From Octopus sinensis (lineage: Eukaryota), in assembly GCF_006345805.1 (NCBI RefSeq), contig NC_043001.1, positions 55,986,001 through 56,050,000 of the forward strand: DNA of 64,000 nt, given 5' to 3'. Made by a program: the position numbers and the translations under genes. The notes beneath the pieces are model-generated. The model did not search any database. It was not told where the DNA came from and worked only from the letters and a program-made list of their open reading frames with translations. Numbering within the stretch: the first letter of the stretch is position 1; each line of letters opens with the position of its first letter. Shown here one piece after another: positions 1-11,946 of this stretch.

Positions 1-19
1 CTGGCTCGCTCCCCAAATC

Positions 20-147
20 GTCGAGTGAATCGACCACAAGACTTTTTAAAAAACTTTTGTCGATACTTTTGTCGAACCGCTAAGGTACGGGGACATAAAC
101 ACACCGACACCGGTTGTCAAGCGCTTGTGGGGGGACAAGCACACACG

Positions 148-180
<33 letters not shown>

Positions 181-333
181 GACTGGCTTTTTTCCGTTTC
201 CGTCTACCAGATTCACTCACAAGGCTTTAGTCAGCCCGAGGCTACATAGAAAATAATTGCCCAAGGTGCTCGCTGTGGGACTGAGCCCGGAATCATGTAA
301 TTGGGAAGCAAGCTTTTTACCATACAGCCAGGC
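20..333 (-). mobile_element. tRNA-headed SINE, family A (5' and central part)
   Basis: Reverse complement matches the recurrent GGCGTGGCTGTGTGGTAAGAAGCTTGCTTCCCAACCACATGGTTCCGGGTTCAGTCCCACTG head plus an internal (CA)n, as in the copy at 40389-40787. Confidence 0.85.
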
Positions 334-399
334 CCTTACAACAGATAGAAAAGCAATGGTAAAACTTCATGAATGCAAGTAGAAAATACACAGATCTTT

Positions 400-1091
400 T
401 ATTATTATCTTTTACTTGTTTCAGCCATTAAACTGTGGCCATGGTGGAACATCGCTTTGAAGAAGTTTTGGTTAATGTTTACATCTTGACCAGAAAATGA
501 AAAATGAAAAAAAATGCTGGAATGGGTGTAAAACTATGTATAGGAAACGAATATAAAAAAAAATGCGTGCAAAGAAACGGAAGGGCGGGGAGAGGACTTT
601 GGAAAATTCACAAGATCAGAGATTTTCCCTCATAACTTTTAGGAAAATTTTCCGAAGTCTCTCCTCACCCCATTGAAAAAGATTTTCCCCACAAGTTTCT
701 TTATAATCGTAATGTATGTCGTTTGAAAAGTATTTCTATAAAATTTCACTGAAAAAACCCCATTTTCCTAAAAGTTATGAGGGCAAAACTCGGATCTTTT
801 GAATTTTCCGAAGTCCTCTCCCCGCCCTCCCGTTGCTTTGCGCGCATTTTTTTTTCATATTCGTTTCCTATACATAGTTTTACACCCATTCCAGTATTTT
901 AAAAAAATTTCATTTCTGGGTCAAGATATAAACATTAACCGAAGTTTTAGTCTAACGAACCGACCCTCATTACTTATATTTTTTTAAAGCTTAGTACTTA
1001 TTCTATCGGTTGTTTTGCCGAACCGCTAAGTTATTGGGACGTAAATACACCAACACTAGTTATCAAACGGTGGCAAGACGTTCACACACAC

Positions 1092-1100
<9 letters not shown>
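400..1100 (-). mobile_element. SINE family A 3' half, split by the MITE at 470-940
   Basis: Joining 400-469 to 949-1100 restores the ...cttgaagaagttttagtc...gaccc...gccgaaccgctaagtta...gacgtaaatacacc tail seen in other copies. Confidence 0.8.
470..940. mobile_element. MITE with ~180-bp terminal inverted repeats and 8-bp TSD (Merlin-like, tentative)
   Basis: Arms 470-~650 and ~765-940 are reverse complements (GGTTAATGTTTA...TAAACATTAACC). GAAGTTTT is present at both 462-469 and 941-948. Confidence 0.85.
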
Positions 1101-1124
<24 letters not shown>

Positions 1125-1569
1125 GCACTGTAACAATACATAAACTCAGCTGATAGCTGGTGGTAGTAGATCCATCTTCATCTCTGAATGAGAAAGGATA
1201 CAGCGTCGTAGCACAACTGTTAGCAAAACTGAAAAAAAGATTGCGAGATTATGCGTAGGAGGGACTTGCAGTTTTGTTAAATACTGAACCTGATATATTT
1301 CAATTAGCAAAATCTCATCAAATACAGGGCAGTCATTTGTTCTTCTTCAATTATTAAATATTGTTTTGGGATTATTATTGTTTTGTTAATTATCTTGAAT
1401 TATTTTACGTAAGTTTGTTTTATTTTCATTCTAAAGGAACCGATTACTAACATCAGAATTTGATTCTTTTATCTAAAGCTATAATTGTAGTTGTAATGTT
1501 GTTTGTTTTGCACTAAAATTAATTTACGTGCAATGGTAAAATAAATCTAAATATGTCATTATATAAAGT

Positions 1570-2093
1570 CGGCAGAATTCTGGCTAAAGCACACCATTAT
1601 AACCCTTCATAATTTTTTTTTATATTTTGGAAATTTCAGAAAATTGTAGCGAATTTGCGTTTTACACACAGGAATTCATACGATTATGAAAATAAAAAAC
1701 ACCCCCACCCAATTTTTTTGTTTTACCCTTTTCCCCCGTAAATCTTAAATTTTCCACTCTTTTTCGAACTTTTGATTTAATCAGAGTTTAAAATACGGAT
1801 AATCCGAATTTTTGGCTAAAATCATAACAATGCAGTACCCTTGGGTGCATCATCATTCCATTAAATGTGTTTATGGGGAGAAAAATATTGAAAACCATCA
1901 ATACATGTCAACGAGTGACAAAGAAACGAGGAAGATATCAGGTGGTCATAGGATGTGCTAAAACAGCTACACAAAGAAATTCTTTTCATAATCGTATGAA
2001 TCTTCGCGTGTAGAACACAAATTCGCAAAAGTTTTCTGAAAATTCCAAGAAATAATCAGTTACGAGTGGGTGCTTAAATCAGAATTCCGTCTG
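1570..2093. mobile_element. Degenerate fold-back MITE
   Basis: ~1625-1695 is the reverse complement of ~1981-2053; weaker homology extends to cggcagaattctg / cagaattccgtctg. No clear TSD. Confidence 0.6.
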
Positions 2094-3169
2094 TAAGTCC
2101 TCGTCCTGTTCAGTGATTTCTCTATAGATTTGATATAGGCGACACTAACAAGAACATGCTGAATGGAAGTGTATAAGAAATAATAGATAATGGAAGCACC
2201 GCACAAAAGTAGCTTGTTTCCGGTTGATCCGCTGTGTGTTATTTATTTATTTGTGTATTGATCTGGTCTTCATTCTCGCAGAATAGGAAGGTGACGTTTG
2301 TAAAATGGCACTGGGGCAAAGGTGTCGCTGAGGTACAAAAGGTTGCGAATCACTGCTACAGAGAGCGTGTTCTTGAGCCCGTGAGACGGACTGCTAATGA
2401 AATATTTCGTTAGTTAGTCTCCAAATGGTCCTTAAACTACAACAGCTTAAACATGTCAACTGAAGAGTATGAGATTTAATGAAGATTTAGGTGCCATTTT
2501 TCTCACAGGCCGATCTTAGCACGAAATAAAGAGTGGAAGTGGGGATTGGAGAAATGAAGAACATATGCGAAAGACTGAAGGCTGAGATCGGCGGAATCAA
2601 ATGAAGAAGGTAACAACTAGGCTGCTGAGACGATGTTGAGGCCAAGATATGTGAACGGGGTTTGGAGTTGAGAGAGAAATTGTTTTTATTGTTTTTTGGT
2701 CTCACATCAGTCCTTATCGAGCAGATCTTTTATTAAAAATGTCAAGCCGTGACAATCCAGATTTTTTAAAAAAGTAAGTAGGGAGTAATTTATGGGAAAT
2801 TTGGCAGCTAACTCGAGCAGGTCAGACCGTTGTTGTTGGTAGAATTAGAGTATAGGTTAAAAAGAAAACTTTCTTCGTTTCCACCCCCATAAAACAAAGC
2901 AAAAATATCGAACAATTCAGTGAAACATCAGCTTCGAAAGAATAAATTAACATTTTTTTGTCCTATTGATACATCCAAGCGCGCGCATGCATGTGTGTGA
3001 GCGTGTACTTGTATATTTGACGGACTCTCCCGTCGCAGACGACGTAAGACCGTTCGGTGAGAACCAAATAGACAAACAACAGCACACGTTACTATTACAA
3101 TCATTCACCAATGTTTACAATTTATTCACTTCACCTGGTGACTCTTCAGGCCACCAAAAGCATATATAT

Positions 3170-3295
3170 ATATATGTGTTTGTCTTGCACTCTGTTTTTT
3201 CGTTGTTAAAAAAAGTCTCTTTCCTAGTTTGTTTTTATGTTTTCGTTTCTTGTTGAGTTCTACGTTTATTTGTGGTGTCCAGTACTCATATATAT

Positions 3296-3339
<44 letters not shown>

Positions 3340-3590
3340 TGTATATATACATGTAGATGTAGGTACGTACATATATGTATGCATATATTTTATTTATTAA
3401 ATTATATATATATATAGTTTTTCCGATGGCCGGATAACTGAAGAGATGGCGGCGTGGATTTCCACCTCGACATCCGAAACTCGGAGTTTTATCATGGCTA
3501 CCGAATAATTGTCACATATTACATTTACAGATAAATTCCTCTATTTACATAATATCGAGGTCTCTTTCATTCTTTGGTTGTCTTACCATT
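3170..3590 (+). mobile_element. Penelope-like element terminal (pLTR) fragment
   Basis: 3190-3410 is homologous to 62200-62400 and partly to 15900-16050, and is followed directly by a hammerhead motif. PLE termini are known to carry hammerheads. Confidence 0.55.
3427..3500 (+). ncRNA. Type I hammerhead ribozyme motif
   Basis: Core CTGAAGA 3438-3444 and GAAA 3476-3479. Stem I GATAA/TTATC, stem II GATG/CATC, stem III ACTC-G-GAGT, cleavage triplet GTT 3486-3488. Confidence 0.7.
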
Positions 3591-3595
3591 TTTAT

Positions 3596-3650
<55 letters not shown>

Positions 3651-5018
3651 CACTTGTATGTATGTATGCAGTATCATAGCTAATAAAGGGGCATGGGGAC
3701 TGCTTCCCACGAGAACATTTTCCAAAATTGGTACCCTTTCAACAATTTATTTAAAGCCTTTAGTTACATATAAAAGTAGTAGTAAGTTTCATATATATAT
3801 AATGACATTGCTATTGAAACATAAAATCAATAAATGTAAAATACAATTACGTATATTATCTCTTATTATAATAACTAATAAAATATTACGTGTAATATAA
3901 GAGAAATGAGTTAAAAATTGTCTGGTATGTACCACGGCGCATTTCTTTTATAAGCTTGCTCTCACAACTTTGGGACATGGCTATGCCTCTGTATATGTGT
4001 ATTATTAAGTACAGACTATCATAGTTATGGTGAACGGAGATAATTTTTAAACAATTGAAATAACTAAAAAGAAAAGTGTTTAGCGCTAAAAAGACACTTA
4101 TAAGAAGAAGAATCACATGAATTTCCATTATCCAAACATTCTATGGGCATATGCAAGGAAAGTGAGTTTGTTTTTGGCAGTTTAAGTGACAACTGTAGAT
4201 ATGCTTCGAAGCATAATCTACTCGCAGCTGAAGAGGACTAAAAAGAACGAAGCATGTTCGGAGTTGCCACGATAAATACCAAAGATAAAAATCAGCCCCC
4301 ACCACATGGCTCTAATTATTGGTCAACTGAAATTTCAGAAATTCTTTCTTGCGCTTTGCAAATGTATTTTTTAAGTCCTAATATCCTTTTCAAAATTATG
4401 TTTGTATCCTTGCCTCAAGTTTGGCAACCTGCACTTATCTATTCATTCTTAAAGTCAAGATAAAGCAAGAAAAAAAAAACAGCAAACAAAGATAGATACA
4501 TAGTTGACGCACAGAACATTAGAAAAAAGAGGAAAAGTTTGGAGTATTCACTCTTCTTCCGAAAGAAAAGATGGACAAGAGGAGAGAAAAACAGAGAAGG
4601 GAAAATTGAGATATAGAAACGTACGTGTATGCAACTGTCGCGGCACACTGTAATGAGCGAAAGTGATAGAGAGGTCGCTTTAGGCGTCAGTGGCAAGGGG
4701 AACAACTGTGAGTTTGGGATATGTGTGTGTATATATGTGTGTGTGTGTATATATGTGTGTGTGTGTATATATGTGTGTGTGTATGAAGCTAATATGTGCG
4801 TGCAAACTGTGTGTATGTGTGTGAGCGCGTGTTTAAGTACGTGCGTGTACTTGCATAAAAGTTTGTACGCGTGTGCTTACTTACTGTTTGTATGTGTGCG
4901 CGCGTGTGTCTTTCTCTCACACGCGCACACGCACACACGTTACATTTGGTTTTACAAGCGGGAGAATGAGAAACTCAATACGTAAAACCAAGTCCATATG
5001 ATCGTTTATTTGCTAAGA

Positions 5019-5126
5019 TTGCTACAGGCTTAAAGTCCTAGAATTTCATGGCAAGGCACTTGTCAAACTCAGTTTGACAAGTGCCTTGTCATGAAACATT
5101 AGGCCCTTGAGTCACTTCTGTAGCAA
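5019..5126. repeat. Long near-perfect palindrome / fold-back
   Basis: 5044-5069 vs 5071-5096 match at 25/26 positions with a 1-nt spacer; outer arms TTGCTACAG/CTGTAGCAA. Confidence 0.85.
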
Positions 5127-5295
5127 ATACAGCTAATAAAAAAATATACATACATTATAAGAGCATGTATGAAGAAAGATTTCCAAGATTGGGTGACAGA
5201 ATGGTGTGAAAATGATAGGAGTGAATGCAGGGACTAAAACGGAGAGGATGAACGGCTGAGTATGGAGTGGAGTGTGAGTGTGTGAGTCAGTGAAT

Positions 5296-5326
<31 letters not shown>

Positions 5327-5504
5327 AGAGAGAGAGAGATGTATGAAGTTAGTATTGGTTAGCCATTAACAAGGGTGTTGAAAGTTGGAGATAAGCAACA
5401 TAAACACAGGGTGATGCTCGTGAAAGTGGAGAGTAGTCATGATGTCTTAGTCACGTGATATAGCGCGCTAAGATAGTATGGTTCTGCCTGATGGTTGTTA
5501 TTCG

Positions 5505-5910
5505 TGTTGTTGTTTAACCCCAGGTCAGTCGTTATCGAGCAGACCCATGATTAAAAGCATTCCAGCCGTTATCCAACCCGTATTTATTCTGTTCAACGGT
5601 ATCTAGGACGACATTGTTGCCTCTTTTATTATTTCTTTTTGTGCTTCTTAAGCACATAATGGAGATTTGGCTGTTATGTTTAGGAAGTTAAGTGACCACG
5701 TAAAGGCTCTTTCTTTAACTTATATATTGTTGTTGCTTTGCCCCAAGTCAGTCCTGGTTGTAAGTAGTTACGGCGGTGGCAATCGAAAGAGTTCGAGTCC
5801 CGACTATCTCCTATCTTTTTAGGTGCTGTCTTTTCTTACGCAAGATGATTGTGTGTGATTTAAGGGAGATTTAGCTATTATTTCATGCAGGTCGAGCGAC
5901 CATGTCTTGG
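5505..5910 (-). mobile_element. Two tandem copies of family D (non-tRNA head, (AAC)n-tailed short element)
   Basis: Recurrent blocks tttagccccaggtcag..gatcgagcagacc..gatcaaa and gtgtgatttgagggagatttggctgctatttc, preceded on + by (TTG)n. Confidence 0.7.
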
Positions 5911-6874
5911 TCTTTCTTATTGGTTTGTGTAACTGAGGTATGGTAGCATTGAGGTGTTATGACAGTAATTGTGGGCTCCCAAAATGTTGCGGTGTGTTGT
6001 TAGTCATAGTGTCTGACGCTGTGGTGTGCAGGTACTGCAGTGAAAAGAAACCTTTACACAAAACATGATAAGAAGGTAAAACGCAAGGAATACGTTTAAA
6101 CTGCAAGAAATGGCAGCCAAATTTTTCCAGATTATACCGTCTGAAACGGGAAGAGCGCATTGATTAATTTAAGTCTTAGATATGCAACGCTTAAGATGGG
6201 ATTGCCAGGATTCAGAGGCGTAATCAGGTTCTAAAGTTAAAGGGAGTGAGCACATAAAACAATTTTAAATTCATTTCTTTTATATTACACGAAATATTTC
6301 AGTGGTTATAATATACTCATTTGTATTCTACATTCATTAATTTCGTGTTTCAGTGTCTGGGATCGTTCAGAGTCGAGAGGTTATGACGTCAAGGTTTGTT
6401 TTGGTTCTTCATATGTCAGCGGCCACCAACACATCACAGGAGATTGAGTAGACAGTTCAGAAACATGGGAAGTTAGTCAAATAAAGTAATGACTCCAGAA
6501 AGTTCTTCCAAGGTCATGCGATTAACAACAACGGACAACAAAGAGAGATTCGACTTTTATCGCACAAATGAACTAAAGAGTTAAAAATATTGTTAAAAAG
6601 GCAACAATTTTAAATAATGTGCTCAGTGGGAGCGGTCGCTCTCTTTCTCGATTAGAAACCACTTTGATCATAGCTCTTCTTGAACACATGACCTATACAC
6701 TCACACACACAATATAATATATGCGTGTATGTATGATATATGCGAAATTGTATGTATGCGCATACGTGTTTATACATACATACATACATACATACATACA
6801 TACATACATACATACATACATACATACTACATACATACATACATTCATACATACATACATATATACATACATAC

Positions 6875-7305
6875 CTCTATCCAGATTACAAATTCATGCT
6901 TATACCTGTAATTAGTGGGGCCTTGGGATATGTAACACACTGCCTAAATACCAATCTTGAGAAATTAGGCTTCTCAAAACCAGAAAGGAGAAAGCTAATT
7001 CGAACACTACAGATCGAATCCATCCCCGGAACTGTAAAAATCTGTAAAACTTTCCAGAAGTTTATCATTTACATATATATGAGCATGTCTAGATATGCAA
7101 CTATGGTGGTTGTCTACTCCTTATGCAGAGTCTGACCACATCCTGTACCTACACATTAGATCCATCATGGCGTCTGATGTGACTTTTAAAAGCAGACAAT
7201 GTATTGAAAAATACACCTACATAGATTGCATATCCAATTTGGACCACTATATGCAACTATATGCCTGAGAATACACACATAAAACAAAACATACAAATCT
7301 GCACA
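6875..7305 (+). mobile_element. 5'-truncated R4/Dong-type non-LTR retrotransposon (end of RLE domain + 3' UTR), copy 1
   Basis: Encodes LYPDYKFMLIPVISGALGYVTHCLNTNLEKLGFSKPERRKLIRTLQIESIPGTVKICKTFQKF, fitting the IP(V/I)IIGALG...LQ...GT..I C-terminus of R4-clade proteins. Flanked by (TACA)n. Confidence 0.7.
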
Positions 7306-7410
7306 TATACATACATACATACATATACATACATACATACTACATACATACATACATACAACATACATACATACATACATTCATACATACATACATATAT
7401 ACATACATAC

Positions 7411-7841
7411 CTCTATCCAGATTACAAATTCATGCTTATACCTGTAATTAGTGGGGCCTTGGGATATGTAACACACTGCCTAAATACCAATCTTGAGAAA
7501 TTAGGCTTCTCAAAACCAGAAAGGAGAAAGCTAATTCGAACACTACAGATCGAATCCATCCCCGGAACTGTAAAAATCTGTAAAACTTTCCAGAAGTTTA
7601 TCATTTACATATATATGAGCATGTCTAGATATGCAACTATGGTGGTTGTCTACTCCTTATGCAGAGTCTGACCACATCCTGTACCTACACATTAGATCCA
7701 TCATGGCGTCTGATGTGACTTTTAAAAGCAGACAATGTATTGAAAAATACACCTACATAGATTGCATATCCAATTTGGACCACTATATGCAACTATATGC
7801 CTGAGAATACACACATAAAACAAAACATACAAATCTGCACA
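7411..7841 (+). mobile_element. R4/Dong-type fragment, copy 2 (536-bp tandem duplicate of copy 1)
   Basis: Identical by eye to 6875-7305 at an offset of 536 bp. Confidence 0.7.
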
Positions 7842-8071
7842 TATACATACATACATACATACATACATACATACATACATACATACATACATACATACAT
7901 ACATACATACATACATACATACAAACAAAGATACCCTGTTGTTGATGTTGAAATTCCTATGAAGGAGCCTTGGTTCTAGGTTAGAAACCGACTCTTGCTC
8001 TATTGGCAAGAAATCTTGAAATAAAACTGAACAATCATACACACACACACACACACACAATCACACACACA

Positions 8072-8110
<39 letters not shown>

Positions 8111-8149
8111 GCATGTGTGTATGTGTGTGTGTATGTACGTACAGAATTA

Positions 8150-8478
8150 AGGCTCATGGCTCAATGGTTAGAGCGTCGGTTTACAATCGTGAGGTTGTGA
8201 GTTCTATTCCCGGACCGGGCTGTGTGCTGTGTTCTTGAGCAAGACACTTTATTTCACATTGCTCCAGTTCACTCAGCTGTAGAAATGAGTTGCGACGTCA
8301 ATGGTGCCAAGCTGTATCGGTCTTTGCTTTTCCCTTGGACAACATCGGTGCCGTGGAGGGGGAGGCTGTTATGCATAGGCATTGCTATTCTTTCATTAAC
8401 AACTCTGACCGAACTTGTATCGCGGAGAGAAACTTTTTAGGTGCAAACCCGTAGCCATTTGTGACCAAAGGAGGCTTT
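8150..8478 (+). mobile_element. tRNA-headed SINE, family C
   Basis: A-box TGGCTCAATGG and degenerate B-box GTTCTATTC, then tgtgttcttgagcaagacactttatttcac..ctccagttcactcagctg; related to 23089-23300 and 45190-45465. Confidence 0.75.
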
Positions 8479-8851
8479 TCTCTATACAAAAATGAAACTC
8501 TGATAAACGGAATTATGTTATAACTCTATTTCCGACTTCACCAAACACTCACACACTAGTGATAAAGAACGGTAAAAAAAGTAATTAATACATATACGAA
8601 GGTTTTTCATCAAGATAAACCACTCGGTTTGGAATTTCACAAGCTGCCATGTCTGTTTCGACGGCCACCCACACAAATTGGCCGGCTGGTGAAACTAGAA
8701 TAGTAACTTGTGCAAACTTTTAGCATGCATGCCTGCAGACTTGTGCGAATACAGATAGAGGAGTAACGTCTCTGCTATTGACCACGTATATGTCAACACA
8801 TGAAACATTGGCGGAACATTCTCATAAAAAACTTGTACCAATTGCAAACGT

Positions 8852-9195
8852 AACGAGCACTCAGAAAGCTCAAACCTCCGCCAAGGCAACACCAACGTCC
8901 TCTCAACGATCAGCCAGAGATGACTTTTAAAATGAGAATATTTGAAATAAACCCGACTCTTACAAACAAGAATACTAAAAATGAACCCGACCGCTCTCAA
9001 AAATTAAGTAAAAAAAAAACCCGGAAAAATAATCTAGAATCATTGTCCGGAACCGGATCGATCCCAAAGTCTAATCAGTTCGTGCCAGTCACGATGCTAA
9101 ACATTCCTGAAAGTTTCATCCAAACCCATCCAGCAGTTCTTGAGATATCTTGTCCACAGACAAACATGACTGAAAGCAATACCTCCGCCTTCGCT
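8852..9195 (+). mobile_element. Helentron-like non-autonomous element (HINE type)
   Basis: ACCTCCGCC near both ends (8874-8882, 9181-9189) and a tttcatccaaa..ccagcagttcttgagatatc..acagacaaac block that I associate with DINE/HINE elements. The right arm of the 3' hairpin is missing. Confidence 0.55.
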
Positions 9196-9519
9196 TGATG
9201 TGATAATTTACTTGACCAGAAAATAAAAATATGTTTAGTCACAGAAGTTAGCTGACCAAAGATTGGTGGGAAGGAGAATGTTTATAGACATCTCCCTTGA
9301 AACCTGCAGTTTCTCGGCACTGATTATAATTTCACATTTATATCAATAATCAGTGATGCACTTAGCTATATTAGTAAATATCTAAGCGACAATTTTGAAA
9401 TGCCAGGATTTTTTAGGTAAATAACCAAGCACTTTATAGACAATCTATTAGCGAAACAGTAAAAAGTATGCAAAAATATGCTTGTTTATAAATATACATA
9501 CATACATACACACACATAT

Positions 9520-9737
9520 ATGGTGTGTGTGTGTACGTGTGTTTGTTTCCACCACCACTTGACAACTGGTGTTGGTGTGTTTACGTCCCTGTAGCTTAGC
9601 GGTTCGGCAAAGGAAACCGATAGAATAGTGCCAGGCTTTAAAAAAAAAGTCTTGGGGCAGATTTGTTCGACTAAAACTCTTCAAGGTGACGCCCCAGCAT
9701 GGCCGCAATCAAATGACTGAAACAAATAAAAGAAGAG
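9520..9737 (+). mobile_element. SINE family A 3' half
   Basis: ttgacaactggtgttggtgtgtttacgtcc..ttagcggttcggcaaa..ccccagcatggccgca..gactgaaacaa tail. Confidence 0.85.
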
Positions 9738-9960
9738 ACGAAATAACTTTTGTAAAGTTCAGAATGTAACAATTACCGTAATTGTAATCTCAGTTCCAGT
9801 GATAAAGTTTCTGTTTCTTTTGTTGGCAACCAGCTCCCTCCTTCTAGGAAGAATTTTAATAAAGCAGAGACATACAATTCGTGAAGTGCTTTTTACTGGT
9901 TAAAATTTATCCAAACAGCATTCACCATGTCATATCCGCATACTTAGTAATTCCCAGCAG

Positions 9961-10157
9961 AGGCACAAGGCTTCCAATGTGAGGGAGCGGTATTGTCGAT
10001 TATATGGGTTCTAATACTTGAGTGGTACTTTTAATTTTATCGACTCTGAAAGGATGAAAGCAAAGTTGCCCTCGGCAGGATTTGAACACAGAATGTAAAG
10101 GAACTTCACTTTATACTGCCAGGCACTTTGTCCAATTCTCCTAACTTCAAAGCACGC
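9961..10157 (-). mobile_element. tRNA-headed SINE, family B (degenerate)
   Basis: tttatcgac..gaaaggatgaaag..atttgaac.cagaa motif shared with 50998-51205. Confidence 0.7.
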
Positions 10158-10839
10158 TATATCGCAATACTTCAGCGGTTGTTATAGTAACAGTAGCAGT
10201 AGTGGTAGTCGTAATTTAAAATATGATCAGGGTGCAAAATAGATGATGATAATGGTGTGTTGATGAGGTAGAAGGGAAATTAAATGTACCTTTAAATAGG
10301 GTTCAAGATACATCATAACGCTTTTTTTTTTGCTGTTGTTTATGTTGCTTGCTGTTGACAAGGGGCAGGCCAACAAAACTAGTCGAAAAGTGTATATGTG
10401 TGTGAGGGGTGGTGGTGGGAGATGAGGAGAAATGTATGAGATAGAGAGAAAGATAGAGAGATAACGAAGAGAAAGAGAGAGAGAGAGAGAAACAGAGAGA
10501 CAGAGAGAGATGTCAGACTAGATTCCCCATCATGCCCTACCACCACCACTACCACTACCACCACTACCATAATAGACACAATGTCTACATACAGAGAATC
10601 AATGAAACAGATATACTGATAAAATATTGTGGTGATGGTGGTCGTGTTGGTGGTGTTGACGGTATGTGTGTGTGTGTGTGTGGTGTTGAAGAAGGTGATA
10701 TGACACGAGTAGACAAAAGGGGGGTTGAGATAAAGGGGTGGGAGGACTGGTTGGATGTGGTTGGATGGGAGTTTGAGGGGAGGAGGAGGGGGAGTGAGAA
10801 GAGTATTTGTTGAAAAAGAGAAATTTGAAACATGATGTG

Positions 10840-11305
10840 AGGAAAAGCGATATGGATGGTGGGATGGTTGCGGTGATTGTTAATGGAAGGTGGAAATAGT
10901 AATGATGGTAGAAGAGGTGGTGGTGGTGGTGGGAATAATGAGGGTGAGGGTAGTATTAGTGGATGGTGGTGGGGGATAGGGTAGTCGTTGCAGTGCTTGT
11001 GAATGTTGTGACGATAGTGGTGACTGTGTTATGCTGACTTTAAGGTAATACTTGTATTATTCGTGGTGGTGGTGATGATGATCATGGTAGTGGAGGTAGT
11101 AGGGTATTGAAGATGAGACTGTGTGTGTGATGGTCGAAGTAGTAGTGGTAGTCGTGGCAATTATGGTCAGGCCGATAGTACCAAAGTGGTGGTCAGAAAA
11201 GGGTTAGTCATAGTGGTGTACGTGATACTGGTGGTGGTGGCGGATGTGGTAAAAAATGGTGGTGGTGGTAGTAGTATTGACAGTATTATTAGTAGTGATA
11301 GTAGG
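10840..11305. repeat. Degenerate (GGT)/(GTA) trinucleotide low-complexity tract
   Basis: Imperfect GGT/GTA/GAT runs; non-coding. Confidence 0.8.
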
Positions 11306-11309
11306 TACA

Positions 11310-11459
11310 GGCGTAGCTGTGCGGTAAGAAGTTTGCTTCTCAACTACATGGTTCTGGGTTCAGTTTCACTGTGTGGCACCTTGGGCGAATGTCTTTTACT
11401 ATATCTTCGGGCCGATCTAAGCCCTTTGAGTACATCTGGTGAACAGAAAGTGTCAGAAG

Positions 11460-11537
<78 letters not shown>

Positions 11538-11722
11538 TGTGTGTGTGTGTGTGTGTGTGTGAGTGTGCGTGACTTTGTGCCTGTGTTCTCCCCCACAGTT
11601 GGTGTATTTACGTCCGCGTAACAGCGGCTCGACAAAAGATACCGTTAGAATAAGTACAAGACTTTGAAGGCTGTGCCCCAGCATGGTCGCAGTCTAATGA
11701 CTGAAACAAATATAAGGAAGAT
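11310..11722 (+). mobile_element. SINE family A, full length
   Basis: Head ggcgtagctgtgcggtaagaagtttgcttctcaac, internal (TA)n(TG)n, tail ccccagcatggtcgcagtctaatgactgaaac. Confidence 0.85.
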
Positions 11723-11946
11723 AATTGAGAATAAAGAGTAATTTGTAGGATTAAAGTTGGTGAGACCCTAAGCTGTATAATATTTGGAAGCTCCTTGTTT
11801 AAACATTACACTGGAAGGTCTCACAAAATTGAAAGTATTCTCTGAGTATTTTGTAGATCCCGAAGGCTCTTGAGGTCCTAAGCTGTAAGTGAGTTGTTTA
11901 GCTTGTGCTCCAAACCAGCACTAATATATATTAGTAGCATTAAATC

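Noticed and set aside
8150-8225. tRNA-like cloverleaf
   Set aside because: It is the head of a family C SINE: no intact acceptor stem, and it continues into the SINE core.
8595-8850. Mariner-like TA|TACGAAGG terminus
   Set aside because: No matching right-hand TIR or transposase remnant found.
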